A stretch of DNA of 64,000 nt from an uncultured Thermoplasmata archaeon. Lineage in GTDB: Archaea > Thermoplasmatota > Thermoplasmata > Lutacidiplasmatales > UBA184. Where the stretch lies: contig CAVRCS010000004.1 in NCBI GenBank assembly GCA_963719635.1, positions 459,465-523,464 of the forward strand, in the 5' to 3' direction. The notes below the pieces were generated by a model. That model did no database searches and was not told the DNA's origin. It saw only the letters and a program-made list of their open reading frames with translations. The translations under genes and the position numbers were made by a program. Position 1 is the stretch's first letter, and every line of letters begins with the position of its first letter. This document shows, in pieces, positions 1 through 9,317 of this stretch.

Positions 1-884
1 TCCCGGACGCCGACGCGCTGTTCTTCCCGATCGCGCGGCGGTTCCCGATCCTCCGCCACCACGGGATCACGCACTCGGTCTTCGGCGTGAGCGTCGTCGC
101 CGGGGCCGGCTGCCTGATCGCCCCGCTGATCGCGCCGGGGAGCCCGCTCGTCTACTTCCTCGTTCTCGAGGTCGGTGGCCTCTGCCACATCGCGCAGGAC
201 GGCTTCACGCACTTCTCGGTCCCGCCGCTCCTGCCGTTCTCGACCCGCAAGCTCGAGCTGGACGCCGACCGGGCGATCAACTTCGTCACCCTCGTCGTCT
301 CGGTCGCCTCGTTCTACCTGCTGCTCGGGGTCGAGCGGAACCGGCTCCCGTTCGCGGATTATCTGTGGACCGTCTACGGCCTGATGGCGTTCTTCGCGGC
401 GTACTTCGCCGTCCGCCTCGCCGGGCGGCTCGTCGTCGGCCGTAAGCTCAAGGGGCTCGGCGGGTTCGACGTCGTCGCCCCGACCACGAACCCGTTCGCC
501 TGGCTCGTCCTCTCCGAGAAGGAGGAAGGGGGCCGCCAGCGGACGACGTGGGGGCGGTACGTCTTCGGCCGCGGGCTCACCGCCGGCCCGTTCACGGCCG
601 AGGGGCTCCTGGAGCCCGGCCCCACCGGTCGTGCTCCGTCCGGCGAAGCGGAGGCGCTGGCGTGGGCGTACCCTCTGGCGCGTCGGGCGAGCGGAGCCTT
701 GGAGGCGACGTACCACTTCGGCGAGGCATCCCGGGACGCCGCTGGGGTGTGGACCGCGGTCTGGTACTCGCTCGAGTTCACCTTCTTCGGCCGGGCGGCG
801 GGCGTCCGGGTGCAGTTCCCCGTGGACGGTGGCCCGGCCGCCGTGCACCGCGCCTTCTACCGGCCCACGAACAGCGCCGTGTGA
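1..884 (+). CDS. Membrane-bound metal-dependent hydrolase (YdjM/YbcI-like), 5'-truncated by window edge
   Basis: Frame open from position 3: PDADAL...RHHGITHS and later HIAQD motifs plus hydrophobic segments. Confidence 0.75.
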   Translation, partial: PDADALFFPIARRFPILRHHGITHSVFGVSVVAGAGCLIAPLIAPGSPLVYFLVLEVGGLCHIAQDGFTHFSVPPLLPFSTRKLELDADRAINFVTLVVSVASFYLLLGVERNRLPFADYLWTVYGLMAFFAAYFAVRLAGRLVVGRKLKGLGGFDVVAPTTNPFAWLVLSEKEEGGRQRTTWGRYVFGRGLTAGPFTAEGLLEPGPTGRAPSGEAEALAWAYPLARRASGALEATYHFGEASRDAAGVWTAVWYSLEFTFFGRAAGVRVQFPVDGGPAAVHRAFYRPTNSAV

Positions 885-918
885 GCCCGCCCGCGGCCGT
901 GGAGGCGCCGCCGACGGA

Positions 919-1863
919 CTAGCCCGACGGGGGCGTCGACGGCGGCGGGGGGACGTGCCGGAACACCGCCCGCGCTCGCGCCGCCTCGAAGACTGCGGAG
1001 AAGTCCTCCTCGGCGTGGCCCGCGCGGATCGCTTCGGCCAAGAGGCGTTCTACCTCCCGGGCGATCGGAGAGCGTCCGCCGGCGCCCCGTGCCGTGCGCG
1101 CGACAAGCTTCAGGTCCTTCGCGGCGAGCGCCAGGCGGAACTGGACCGGGTAGCGCCGGTTGACGAACGCGTCGCGCTTCGCGCGAAGCATCCTCGACTC
1201 GCCGCCGCCCGCGAGGAGGAGGTCGGCCGCGCGGTCGACCGGAATCCCGAGCGCCTCGGCGAACGCGAGCGCTTCGGCGTCCATCGCCACGGTCCCGAGG
1301 GTGACGAGGTTGTTCACGAGCTTCATCCCCATGCCGGCGCCGAGCGGGCCGACGTGCTCCACGGCACGGCCGAGGCGGGTGAGGAGCGGCCGCACCTCCT
1401 CGAGGTCGGCCGCGTTCCCCCCGGCGAAGATCAACAGCTCCCCCCGCTCCGCCGCCTCCTTGCTCCCGCCGACGGGCGCTTCGAGGTACCGCAGTCCCCG
1501 ACTCGTGAGCCGCTCGGCGACCGCCTGGCTTTCGTCGGGCGCGATCGTGCCGAGATTCACGACGAGGGCCCCGGGATGGGCCCCGGCGGCGAGGCCCGAC
1601 CGGCCGAACAGCACGGCGCGCACCGCGCGGGCGTCCGAGACCATGACGAAGACGACCCCGGCGCCGACCGCTCGCCCGGCGGCGCGCGGGGAGTCGGCCC
1701 ACTGAGCGCCAGCCGCCAGGAGTGGCTCCGCCTTGGACCGGTCGCGGGTGTGGACGACCAGCGGCACGCCACCGTGCAGAAGCCGCGCCGCCGCGGGGGC
1801 GCCCATCGTCCCCAGGCCGAGGAATCCTACCAGCGCGGGGGGCGCGCTCGAACCGGTCGCCAT
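919..1863 (-). CDS. NAD(P)-dependent beta-hydroxyacid dehydrogenase (3-hydroxyisobutyrate DH family)
   Basis: GFLGLGTMG Rossmann motif, EAPVGGS, GAGMGMKLVNN, KDL; ATG at 1863. Confidence 0.85.
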   Translation of the reverse strand: MATGSSAPPALVGFLGLGTMGAPAAARLLHGGVPLVVHTRDRSKAEPLLAAGAQWADSPRAAGRAVGAGVVFVMVSDARAVRAVLFGRSGLAAGAHPGALVVNLGTIAPDESQAVAERLTSRGLRYLEAPVGGSKEAAERGELLIFAGGNAADLEEVRPLLTRLGRAVEHVGPLGAGMGMKLVNNLVTLGTVAMDAEALAFAEALGIPVDRAADLLLAGGGESRMLRAKRDAFVNRRYPVQFRLALAAKDLKLVARTARGAGGRSPIAREVERLLAEAIRAGHAEEDFSAVFEAARARAVFRHVPPPPSTPPSG

Positions 1864-1934
1864 CACGGGGCCTTCAGGCCTCGAGAGGACTTGACGCTCG
1901 TGCGGCCCCGGAGGGAGTCGCGGGTGCCGGCGGC

Positions 1935-2213
1935 CTACTTGTACGTCGAGTGGTGGGTCGTGCCTTCGTCGTCGATGATGGTGATGCACTCCCCCTCGCA
2001 CTCGAACAGGCACGCCTCGCACATGATGCAATCCGGCCCGTGGATGACGGCAGACTTCTCCGCGCGGAACTGGAACTTGGCGGCCACCGCGGGGTCGTCC
2101 ACGACGGCCGGCCAGTTCTCCCTCGGCTGCATCTCGAAGACAGTGACCGGACAGACGTCCCGGCAGTGCGTGCAGCCGGTGCACTTCTCGTGGGCGACTT
2201 CGACGGTGACCAT
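1935..2213 (-). CDS. 2x[4Fe-4S] ferredoxin
   Basis: CTGCTHCRDVCP and CIMCEACLFECE motifs; TATA-like TTAATATAT about 28 nt upstream of ATG. Confidence 0.85.
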   Translation of the reverse strand: MVTVEVAHEKCTGCTHCRDVCPVTVFEMQPRENWPAVVDDPAVAAKFQFRAEKSAVIHGPDCIMCEACLFECEGECITIIDDEGTTHHSTYK

Positions 2214-2240
2214 GGCCTGTCTGGGTTTCACTATAGACGC

Positions 2241-2250
2241 ATATATTAAC
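2241..2250 (-). promoter_or_regulatory. TATA box of ferredoxin gene (probably leaderless transcript)
   Basis: GTTAATATAT on minus strand, AT island in a GC-rich background at canonical spacing. Confidence 0.6.
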
Positions 2251-2290
2251 TGCCCTCGGCGGGCGACGGAGCTGGCGAACGCTGTCCGGG

Positions 2291-3142
2291 CTACGGGATG
2301 GTCGACGGGTCGGTCTTCCCGATGCGCCCACCGCCGCGCAGCGCGTCGAGCGCCGCCATCTCGGCGGCGGTGAGTTCGAAGCCGTACAGCGCGGCGTTCT
2401 CGCGGATCCGCTCCCGGTGGACCGACTTCGGGAGCTCGACGAACCCGTGCTGGAGGCCCCAGCGGAGCAGCACCTGGGCGGGGCTTTTGCTGTGGGCGCG
2501 GGCGATCGCCCCGACCTGCCTGTCGTCCAGCTTGTGTGCCCGGGTGAGCGGGGAGTACGCCTCGAGGACGACCCCGTGGGCCTCGCAGTAGCCGACCAGC
2601 TCCGGGTCGAAGACGAAGGGGTGCATCTCCACCTGGTTGACGGACGGGGCGATCTCGGAGTTCGCGCGGAGCTCCTCGAGGTGCCGGACCGTGTAGTTGC
2701 TGACGCCGATGGTGCGGACGACCCCGTCCCGCTGCAGCTTCTCGAGCGCCCGCCAGGAGGCGAGCCGTGCCTCCGCGTTCTCCGCGCGGGGCCAGTGGAT
2801 CAAGTACAGGTCGATCGGACCGAGGCCGAGGCGCTCCTGACTGGCCCGCGCCGCCGCCTGTGCCGGTTCGAACCCGTGGTCCGAGAACCAGAGCTTCGTC
2901 GTAACGACGACCTCCGAGCGGGGGACGCCGCTCGCGCGGACCGCCTCGCCGACCTCCGCCTCGTTGGCGTACATTGCCGCCGTGTCGATGTGGCGGTACC
3001 CTTCCGCGAGCGCCCACGACACGGAGGTGCGGGTGACGTCCCCCGCCGGTGTCTGGAACGTGCCGAGGCCCAGCCGGGGCAGCTCCAGCCCCTGGCGGGT
3101 CCGGACGCGCGACTCCAACCGCAGGACGTCGTCCGGTGTCAC
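2291..3142 (-). CDS. Aldo/keto reductase
   Basis: LGLGT, GYRHIDTAAMY, DLYLIHWP, IGVSNY, LPKS motifs; GTG start overlaps upstream stop (GTGA). Confidence 0.9.
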   Translation of the reverse strand: MTPDDVLRLESRVRTRQGLELPRLGLGTFQTPAGDVTRTSVSWALAEGYRHIDTAAMYANEAEVGEAVRASGVPRSEVVVTTKLWFSDHGFEPAQAAARASQERLGLGPIDLYLIHWPRAENAEARLASWRALEKLQRDGVVRTIGVSNYTVRHLEELRANSEIAPSVNQVEMHPFVFDPELVGYCEAHGVVLEAYSPLTRAHKLDDRQVGAIARAHSKSPAQVLLRWGLQHGFVELPKSVHRERIRENAALYGFELTAAEMAALDALRGGGRIGKTDPSTIP

Positions 3143-3399
3143 GGGGTCCCCGGAGCCGACGGCGAACGGCCCGGCGGGCGGAACCGCGAACCGCCCGGGA
3201 CTCGCCCGTCGTGGCGGCGCAACTGACTTTCGTGCTCGGGACACAGCGAGAACGTCCTCCACGGAGCCGACGGGGACCGGGGGTCGGCCGCGGCGGCGAA
3301 CAGGTCGACCGGGCGCGGGCGGTCGTCGCACGGCCCCCCGCTCCCCACGTCCGCGTCCCCGAGGACCGGGCGGAACGAGAAGTCGTACGCCTTGCCCAT
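3139..3399 (-). CDS. Small hypothetical protein (86 aa)
   Basis: ATG at 3399; stop overlaps the AKR start by 4 nt; C...CPEH possible metal ligands. Confidence 0.45.
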   Translation of the reverse strand: MGKAYDFSFRPVLGDADVGSGGPCDDRPRPVDLFAAAADPRSPSAPWRTFSLCPEHESQLRRHDGRVPGGSRFRPPGRSPSAPGTP

Positions 3400-3460
3400 G
3401 TCGCAGAGCGGACGCTGGAAGATCGCGCTCACCGCGTCGTCTCCGCGCCGACGGGTCCCG

Positions 3461-3751
3461 CTACAGGCGCTCCGCGAGCTTCGCGAACTCGGCGGCGGTC
3501 CATCCCTTCAGCGTGACCGTCCGCGCCATCCCCTGCGAGCCGATCCGAAGGATCAGCTCGTTCGCGACGTCGTCGTTGGGAAGCTCGAACGCGGCGACCG
3601 CATCGTACGTCCCCATGGTGAACAGAAAGCTGTGGACCCGGCCGCCGGCGGCGTCGACCGCCGCACGCAACTGCTCCGCCCGCTGGGGCGCCTTCTTCAC
3701 GGCTTGGATCCCTTCCTCCGTCCAGTTCACGAGCACCACGTACTGCCCCAT
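3461..3751 (-). CDS. GYD domain protein
   Basis: YVVLVNWTEEG...GGRV...MGTYD pattern, 96 aa. Confidence 0.85.
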   Translation of the reverse strand: MGQYVVLVNWTEEGIQAVKKAPQRAEQLRAAVDAAGGRVHSFLFTMGTYDAVAAFELPNDDVANELILRIGSQGMARTVTLKGWTAAEFAKLAERL

Positions 3752-3865
3752 GGAGTCCCCAGCCCGCCAGCGGGACGTGACTACTAAACGGTCGCGACGA
3801 GCCGCTCGGGCTAAGCGGGCGCTTCGCTGGCCAAGGGGCACCGGGCACGCGCCCGGGCGGGGCGG

Positions 3866-4675
3866 ATGTCGACCTTCGAGGCAGGGGAACTGCACCTCGC
3901 CTACGAGCGACGGGGCTCGGAAGGCGACCCGCTCGTGTTGATCCACGACGGGTGGGACGACATGCGGGTCTGGCGGCGGCTGGCGCCGATGCTCGAGGGG
4001 AGCTTCCAGCTCCTCGTCTACGACCGGCGCGGTCACGGAGCGAGCAGAGGCCCGCCCCGCCGCGCCGCTCTGGCGAATGACGTCGCCGACCTCGCCGGAC
4101 TTCTCCAGCACGCCGACTACTATCCGGCGCACCTGGTCGGGCACGGGGTGGGGGGCTCGGTCGCCTTCCGGCTCGCCCGCGACCGACCGGAGCTTGTCCG
4201 GAGCATCGTCGTGCACGAGCCGCCGTTCGCCGTTCCCCCACCGGCCGACCGACCCGGGCGCTCCCCAGTCCCGGAACCGTTCCACACCGGCCCTGCGGGC
4301 ACTCCGCGGCAGGCTCTCGACAACTACCTCCGGGAATCCGGCGGGTCGGGCGAGCGGTGGCCCGGCTTCGAGTACGCAGGCCCGGACGCCGCGGAGGCGG
4401 CGGTCCGAGGCTGGGTGGAGGACTCCGGAGACCCGGAGGTCACCGCGTTTCCCCAGGGGGGAGAAGGCGAGGTACTGGTGCCCGTCCTCACGACGGTCGG
4501 GTCGCGCTCACCTCCCGGGGCCGAGAGGGTCCAACTCGCGCTCGAGGAGCAGCTCCGCAACGCCGTCGCCCGGCGGTTGCCCGACACCGGGCACTGGGCG
4601 CCGTACACCGACCCCGACCTTTTCGCGGGTGTGCTAGGCGACTTCCTCCTCGAGCGGAACGTCCCGTCCAACTAG
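3866..4675 (+). CDS. Alpha/beta fold hydrolase
   Basis: YDRRGHG motif, elbow region GHGVGG, C-terminal GH. Confidence 0.8.
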   Translation: MSTFEAGELHLAYERRGSEGDPLVLIHDGWDDMRVWRRLAPMLEGSFQLLVYDRRGHGASRGPPRRAALANDVADLAGLLQHADYYPAHLVGHGVGGSVAFRLARDRPELVRSIVVHEPPFAVPPPADRPGRSPVPEPFHTGPAGTPRQALDNYLRESGGSGERWPGFEYAGPDAAEAAVRGWVEDSGDPEVTAFPQGGEGEVLVPVLTTVGSRSPPGAERVQLALEEQLRNAVARRLPDTGHWAPYTDPDLFAGVLGDFLLERNVPSN

Positions 4676-5069
4676 GCCGGGAGCGCCAAGCGGGCGGACC
4701 TCCTAGGACCGCAGACCCGCAGCGGATCGGGGGCGTTCGCCTCGTGCCGCGTCCACCAGCGGTGTGCGGGACCCGAATTGGTCACCCCGTAGACTCGATC
4801 GAGCCGCCGAACGGCGAGGCGGAGCGCCTCCCTCGCCTCGCCCCCATCGGTGCGGTTCGAACCGGTGAACGCCCCCGACGGATCGTTCGAACGTGGGTCT
4901 CGATGGGTCTGGAACGGGTGCAGGACGGTCACCGCCTGCCGACGACGCTGAAGTCGTCCGGACATTTCACCAGGTGACTCAGTCCATGCCCCTCCTCGTC
5001 CGAAGGCTCGCGGACGCGCAGCGCTGACGAGGGGGAGTACCCCCTCCGGGAGAGTACTGGGGCTAGTGG

Positions 5070-5486
5070 TCAGGAGTCTCGAACTTTCCTGCTAGAGGCG
5101 GCAGTAGGTCCGTCCGGAGAAGCTGCCCCGGCGGCCCGCCCCGAGCTGCGGGCGCGGACTGCCGCCTCGATGGCGGCCCGATCCACCGGTCCGAGGCCGG
5201 CTCCGGCAACGCCGTCGCGGCGGTCCACCTCCCGCCCGTTGTCGAAGACAAGGACGGTCGGCACGATGTCGATGCGGAACAGTTCCCAGAGCGGACTCTC
5301 CTCGGAGGTGACGTCGCCCAGGAGGACCGGTACCGGCAGGCGCCGCGCGAACTCCTCCAGCTCGGGGACGTACACCCGGCAGAACGGGCACCAGTCCGCG
5401 AGGAAGCCGACGACGACGACGCCGGGACGGCGGAGCTTCGTACCGTCGAACGCCTCTGCGCCGACCCGCTCAACCCCCCCGGTCAT
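5070..5486 (-). CDS. Thioredoxin family protein
   Basis: FLADWCPFC active site, IVPT cis-Pro loop. Confidence 0.85.
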   Translation of the reverse strand: MTGGVERVGAEAFDGTKLRRPGVVVVGFLADWCPFCRVYVPELEEFARRLPVPVLLGDVTSEESPLWELFRIDIVPTVLVFDNGREVDRRDGVAGAGLGPVDRAAIEAAVRARSSGRAAGAASPDGPTAASSRKVRDS

Positions 5487-5631
5487 CGTTCTCTCGAGGG
5501 GGAAGCCCCCCTCGTTGCCCTCCGCGCGGCGAACCACCGGCGGGCGATGAAGTCGTCGCTCGCCGCCGGCGACCGGCCGCACAACGTCGCTTTAGTACCC
5601 GGGCCCATGTGAGGGCCCGCCGAGGCAAGCC

Positions 5632-5781
5632 ATGATCCGGGACGGGGCGCTGGTCTGCGACCAGTGCCAAACGACGATCACGCGGATCACCGAGGTGCCG
5701 GCCGAGGGATGGCCACAGATGCACAACCTCTGCTCGGCGTGCTTCGACTCGCTCTGGAAGACCGGTCTGCAGCGGGCGTAG
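5632..5781 (+). CDS. 49-aa zinc-finger-like microprotein (not in ORF track)
   Basis: MIRDGALVCDQCQ...NLCSACFDSLWKTGLQRA; two CxxC motifs; fills the intergenic gap. Confidence 0.65.
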   Translation: MIRDGALVCDQCQTTITRITEVPAEGWPQMHNLCSACFDSLWKTGLQRA

Positions 5782-5787
5782 CCGGGC

Positions 5788-6357
5788 TCAGCCTGACCGG
5801 CCCCGCGCGACCGGAGGGTCCGGCCCTTCGAACGGGGCGAGCGTCTCGACCGCTTCGTCCTCGAACCAGCTGAGCACGACGAAGTACCAACTGAGCACCA
5901 CGAGGAGAAGCGTCTCGGGTCCGGCCTTTCCGGAGACCACGACCGCGCCGCCACGGAGGGCGCGCCCCTCCCGGACGGGTTCGATGTGAAGGAGCTCCTG
6001 ACCCCCGTCCGTCGTCAGGCGCCAGGCCGGCACCAGGTACCTCGCCCGCCGGAGGCGGTACCCCGGGCCCTGCCCGAGGTTGATCTCGTGATGCGCCACG
6101 TGGGCGGAGAGCCGCGCGATGGGCCCGGCGCGATCCGGCTCGCGGACGAGGACCGTCGGCTGGAGGAAACCGGCCCGCTTGAGCGTCCAGCTCGCTCCGG
6201 CGGTCCGGGCCGAGGCCAGCGAGCCGTGCGCGTGGGCCCACGTGAGGACCGCAATCTCGGCGTCGCCGGCGTGCAGCGAGAACGTCGCAGGGCTCTCCTG
6301 CGTCCGCGTCCATGCGAGCGCCGACGGGTCGACGGAGCTGAACGGAGCGAGCGCCAC
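5788..6357 (-). CDS. Hypothetical protein
   Basis: 189-aa ORF with protein-like composition; TTATGA TATA-like element about 25 nt upstream. Confidence 0.6.
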   Translation of the reverse strand: MALAPFSSVDPSALAWTRTQESPATFSLHAGDAEIAVLTWAHAHGSLASARTAGASWTLKRAGFLQPTVLVREPDRAGPIARLSAHVAHHEINLGQGPGYRLRRARYLVPAWRLTTDGGQELLHIEPVREGRALRGGAVVVSGKAGPETLLLVVLSWYFVVLSWFEDEAVETLAPFEGPDPPVARGRSG

Positions 6358-6579
6358 AGCGCACCACCGAGGGCCGCCTCATAACGGGAGAGGTCGCAGC
6401 GCTGCCGGGACGGCCCGCGCGCTCTTGTTCGGACCGGCGATATCGGAACCAGATGTCGGTCTGCCGACCGCCGGCCGGGTGTAGTAGCCCCGCCGCCCGT
6501 GCACCCGGACGGCCGTGCCCCGTGGTGCTCGGCTCGGCCGGGCCGGGCTAGGAGGCGGCACGGGGGCGTGCTGCGTGAG

Positions 6580-6816
6580 ATGACCTTCTCCCTCGGAGGC
6601 GCGGCCGTGATTGCCCTCGGCGCCGCGCTCGCCTTCGGCCTCTTCGTCGCGGGCGCCGGGTGGCCGTACGCCGGGGCGTGGCTTGCGGCGGGGATCGCGG
6701 TCGGGCTCGGGGCGTTCTTCGTCCGCATCGGCCGGGAGGCGCGAACGTTCCGCCGGACATGGCTGCGGGAGGTGGAGGCCGGTCGCGAGCCGCCGTCCGG
6801 CGGGCCTCCGTCGTAA
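6580..6816 (+). CDS. Small two-TM membrane protein
   Basis: Two hydrophobic helices followed by a basic tail; start uncertain (GTG 6568 or ATG 6580). Confidence 0.5.
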   Translation: MTFSLGGAAVIALGAALAFGLFVAGAGWPYAGAWLAAGIAVGLGAFFVRIGREARTFRRTWLREVEAGREPPSGGPPS

Positions 6817-6882
6817 CCGCCCTGCCGCAAGGGCGCCTTTCGGTCCGACACCTTTTTCCCCGTGGGGCCGGTCCCAGGTCGT

Positions 6883-6985
6883 GGCCGGGATGGGGTAGCT
6901 TGGTTATCCTGGGGGACTGTGGATCCCTCGACCCGGGTTCAAATCGGCGCGGGGTTCCCCCGCCGTGAAACTCTCGGTCCCGGCC
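6883..6985 (+). tRNA. tRNA-His(GUG) with a 28-nt intron at 59/60 (6944-6971)
   Basis: Acceptor GCCGGGA/TCCCGGC, anticodon loop CTGTGGA, T-arm CCGGG-TTCAAA^T-CTCGG, encoded G-1 opposite C73, no encoded CCA. Confidence 0.92.
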
Positions 6986-7825
6986 CTACCCGGAGCGGCG
7001 GGAGCCGCGCCGGGGCGTTCGGCTCGCAGGACGGCTACGGCGCTTTGACATGCGGTCGAGCACCGCCGGCAGCTCGCTGAGCGAGAACGCCGCCCAAGCC
7101 GCCCCCCACCGCTCGAGGTCGTCCGGAGTGAGTGTCCACCCTTTCACGGTGCTGGCGCGGCCGAGCGGGACGACCCCTTCGACCGACCGGGCGGCCTCCA
7201 TGTCGAACCGGGAGTCCCCCACCAGGAAGAACGGAACCGAGCCGTACCGCCGGCGGTACTCGGCGAGGTGCTCCCGTTTCGTCCCTTCCCGCGAGCCCAG
7301 GAGGTCGTCGAACCAGTAGCGCAACCCCTCCCGTTCGAGCAGGAGCTCCGCCATCTCCGTCTCGGAGCCCGTGGTGACGGCGAGGTTCCAGCCGGCGGAC
7401 GAGAGCGTCTTGAGCATCTTGGGGACGTCGGGGAACGGCTTGGCGCGGGCGTACGCCTCCGTGACCTTCCGCTGGTGGAACGTCCGGGCGGCCGCTACCC
7501 GCTCCGGGGGCGGCGCGTCGGGGAACAGCTGGGCGAGCTGCGCCTCAAACGGCATCCCGGTCGTCGCAAGGTAGTGGACCCGGCCCTCCTCGAGGGGGGT
7601 GCCGAACGCCTGGTGCAGGACCTCCGCCGCGACTTCGGCGATCAGGTCGAGGTCGTCGAGGAGGGTTCCGTCCAGGTCGAACAGCACGACCCCGCGCCCG
7701 ACCGGCACGGAGGCGGCGGCGGGCACCGGTCGGGGCGGGAACGCCATCGTATGCTCGTGGCGCGAGGAGGTCACCACCGGCAGCTCGAGGCGGGCGGGGG
7801 CGTCCGCCTGGGGGTTCTCCGGCAT
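6986..7825 (-). CDS. HAD superfamily hydrolase
   Basis: FDLDGTL motif I, VTTG motif II, VGDSRFD motif IV. Confidence 0.85.
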   Translation of the reverse strand: MPENPQADAPARLELPVVTSSRHEHTMAFPPRPVPAAASVPVGRGVVLFDLDGTLLDDLDLIAEVAAEVLHQAFGTPLEEGRVHYLATTGMPFEAQLAQLFPDAPPPERVAAARTFHQRKVTEAYARAKPFPDVPKMLKTLSSAGWNLAVTTGSETEMAELLLEREGLRYWFDDLLGSREGTKREHLAEYRRRYGSVPFFLVGDSRFDMEAARSVEGVVPLGRASTVKGWTLTPDDLERWGAAWAAFSLSELPAVLDRMSKRRSRPASRTPRRGSRRSG

Positions 7826-7921
7826 CGCCTCGCCGTGGCGGCGGCACCTTTAACGCTCGCGACCGTAGGGCAGAGCGCCCCGGACCCTCTCTGCGGGGGG
7901 CGGTTTGCAGGGGCGACGCGC

Positions 7922-9284
7922 ATGCATCCGAGTCGGGCGATCCGCGGACGGACCACCCGCCTGCTGGAAGGCCGCCGGATCCTGGTCGGCGTCTCCGGGT
8001 CTATCGCCGCCGTGGAAGTGCCGAAGATCGTTCGCGAACTGCTGCGCCACGGAGCCGACGTGCGGGCGGTGATGAGCCCCGAGGCGACGCGCATCATTAC
8101 GCCCGAGGCGGTGGAGTTCGCGACGGGCCACCCGCCGGTGACCCAGCTGACCGGGAACGTCGAGCACGTGACCCTGCTCGGACCGGGAGAGGGGCAGGCC
8201 GACCTGTACCTCGTCGTCCCGGCGACGGCGAACACCATCGCCAAGATCGCGCATGGGATCGACGAACACGCCGGTCACCTCCTGCGCCTCCGTCGCCCTC
8301 GGCAGCCACGTCCCGATCCTGCTCGTGCCGGCGATGCATGGAACGATGGGCGAGAACCCGGCGGTCCGCGAGGCGTTCTCCAGGCTTCGCGGGTGGGGCG
8401 TACACGTCCTGTTCGGCCTGGCGACCGAGGGCGAGGCGAAGCTCGCCTCGCCCGAGGAGGTGGCGGCGGCGGTGCTCCACCGGCTCGCCCGGGGCCCGTG
8501 GGCCGGCCGTCGGGTCGTGGTGATCGGCGGCGCCTCGCGGGAGTCGATCGACGCGGTGCGCTCCGTCACGAACGAGAGCTCGGGCGGGACCGCGGTCGCG
8601 CTCGCGAACCAGGCACACTTCCGGGGGGCAACGGTCGAGCTGTGGTCCGGAGCCCTCTCCGTGCCCGTGCCCCCGTGGGTGGAGCAGTTCCCCTGGCGCT
8701 CGGTAGGGGACCTCTCGCGCCTTGCCAAACGTCGGGCGACCAGCCTTCGGGCGGCCGCCGCCGTATTCGTCCCCGCGGCGCTCTCCGACTACACGCTCGA
8801 GCCGATCCCCGGAAAGATCCCCTCGCGAGAGCGTCCGACCCTGCGCCTCACGCTCACCCCGGCTCGGAAGCTCCTCCCCGAGCTCCGACGCCTTGCTCCT
8901 GCGCCGACCCGGCTCGTGGCGTTCAAGCTGCTCGCCGGCGAGTCCCCCGAGGCGCTCGAACGCGAGGGCCGTCGCCTCCAGGAAGAGAGCGGGGCAGACT
9001 GGGTCGTCGCGAACGACGCCACGACCGTCGGGGCCCTGGAGTCGAGTGTCCTCGCCCTCCCGAGGTCCGAACCACGACGGTGGCTCCGCGGTCCGAAGGC
9101 CGAGGTCGCTGGCAAGCTGTTGGACGACCTCGGGCGCGAGCTGGCGGACGGCCCGCGCCCCGCGGTCGCGCCCGGACCGACGGGGCGGCCGAGCAGCGCC
9201 CACCGCAGACGGCGCGCAAGGCGGCCGACGGGCCCGACGGCGTCCCCGGGCACCGCGCGCGTCCCCGTGCGTCGCCGCCGTTAA
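7922..9284 (+). CDS. coaBC: Bifunctional phosphopantothenoylcysteine decarboxylase/synthetase; +1 frameshift near 8265
   Basis: GVSGSIAA, PATANTIAK, PAM, IDAVR..TNESSG, VAFKL, VVAND spread over two frames. Confidence 0.88.
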
Positions 9285-9317
9285 GACGACCCCCTTGCTC
9301 GCCGCGCCCGGTCGCTC

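Noticed and set aside
6944-6985. Integrative-element att scar in tRNA-His
   Set aside because: No duplicated tRNA 3' end or integrase; the insert is fully explained by a BHB intron
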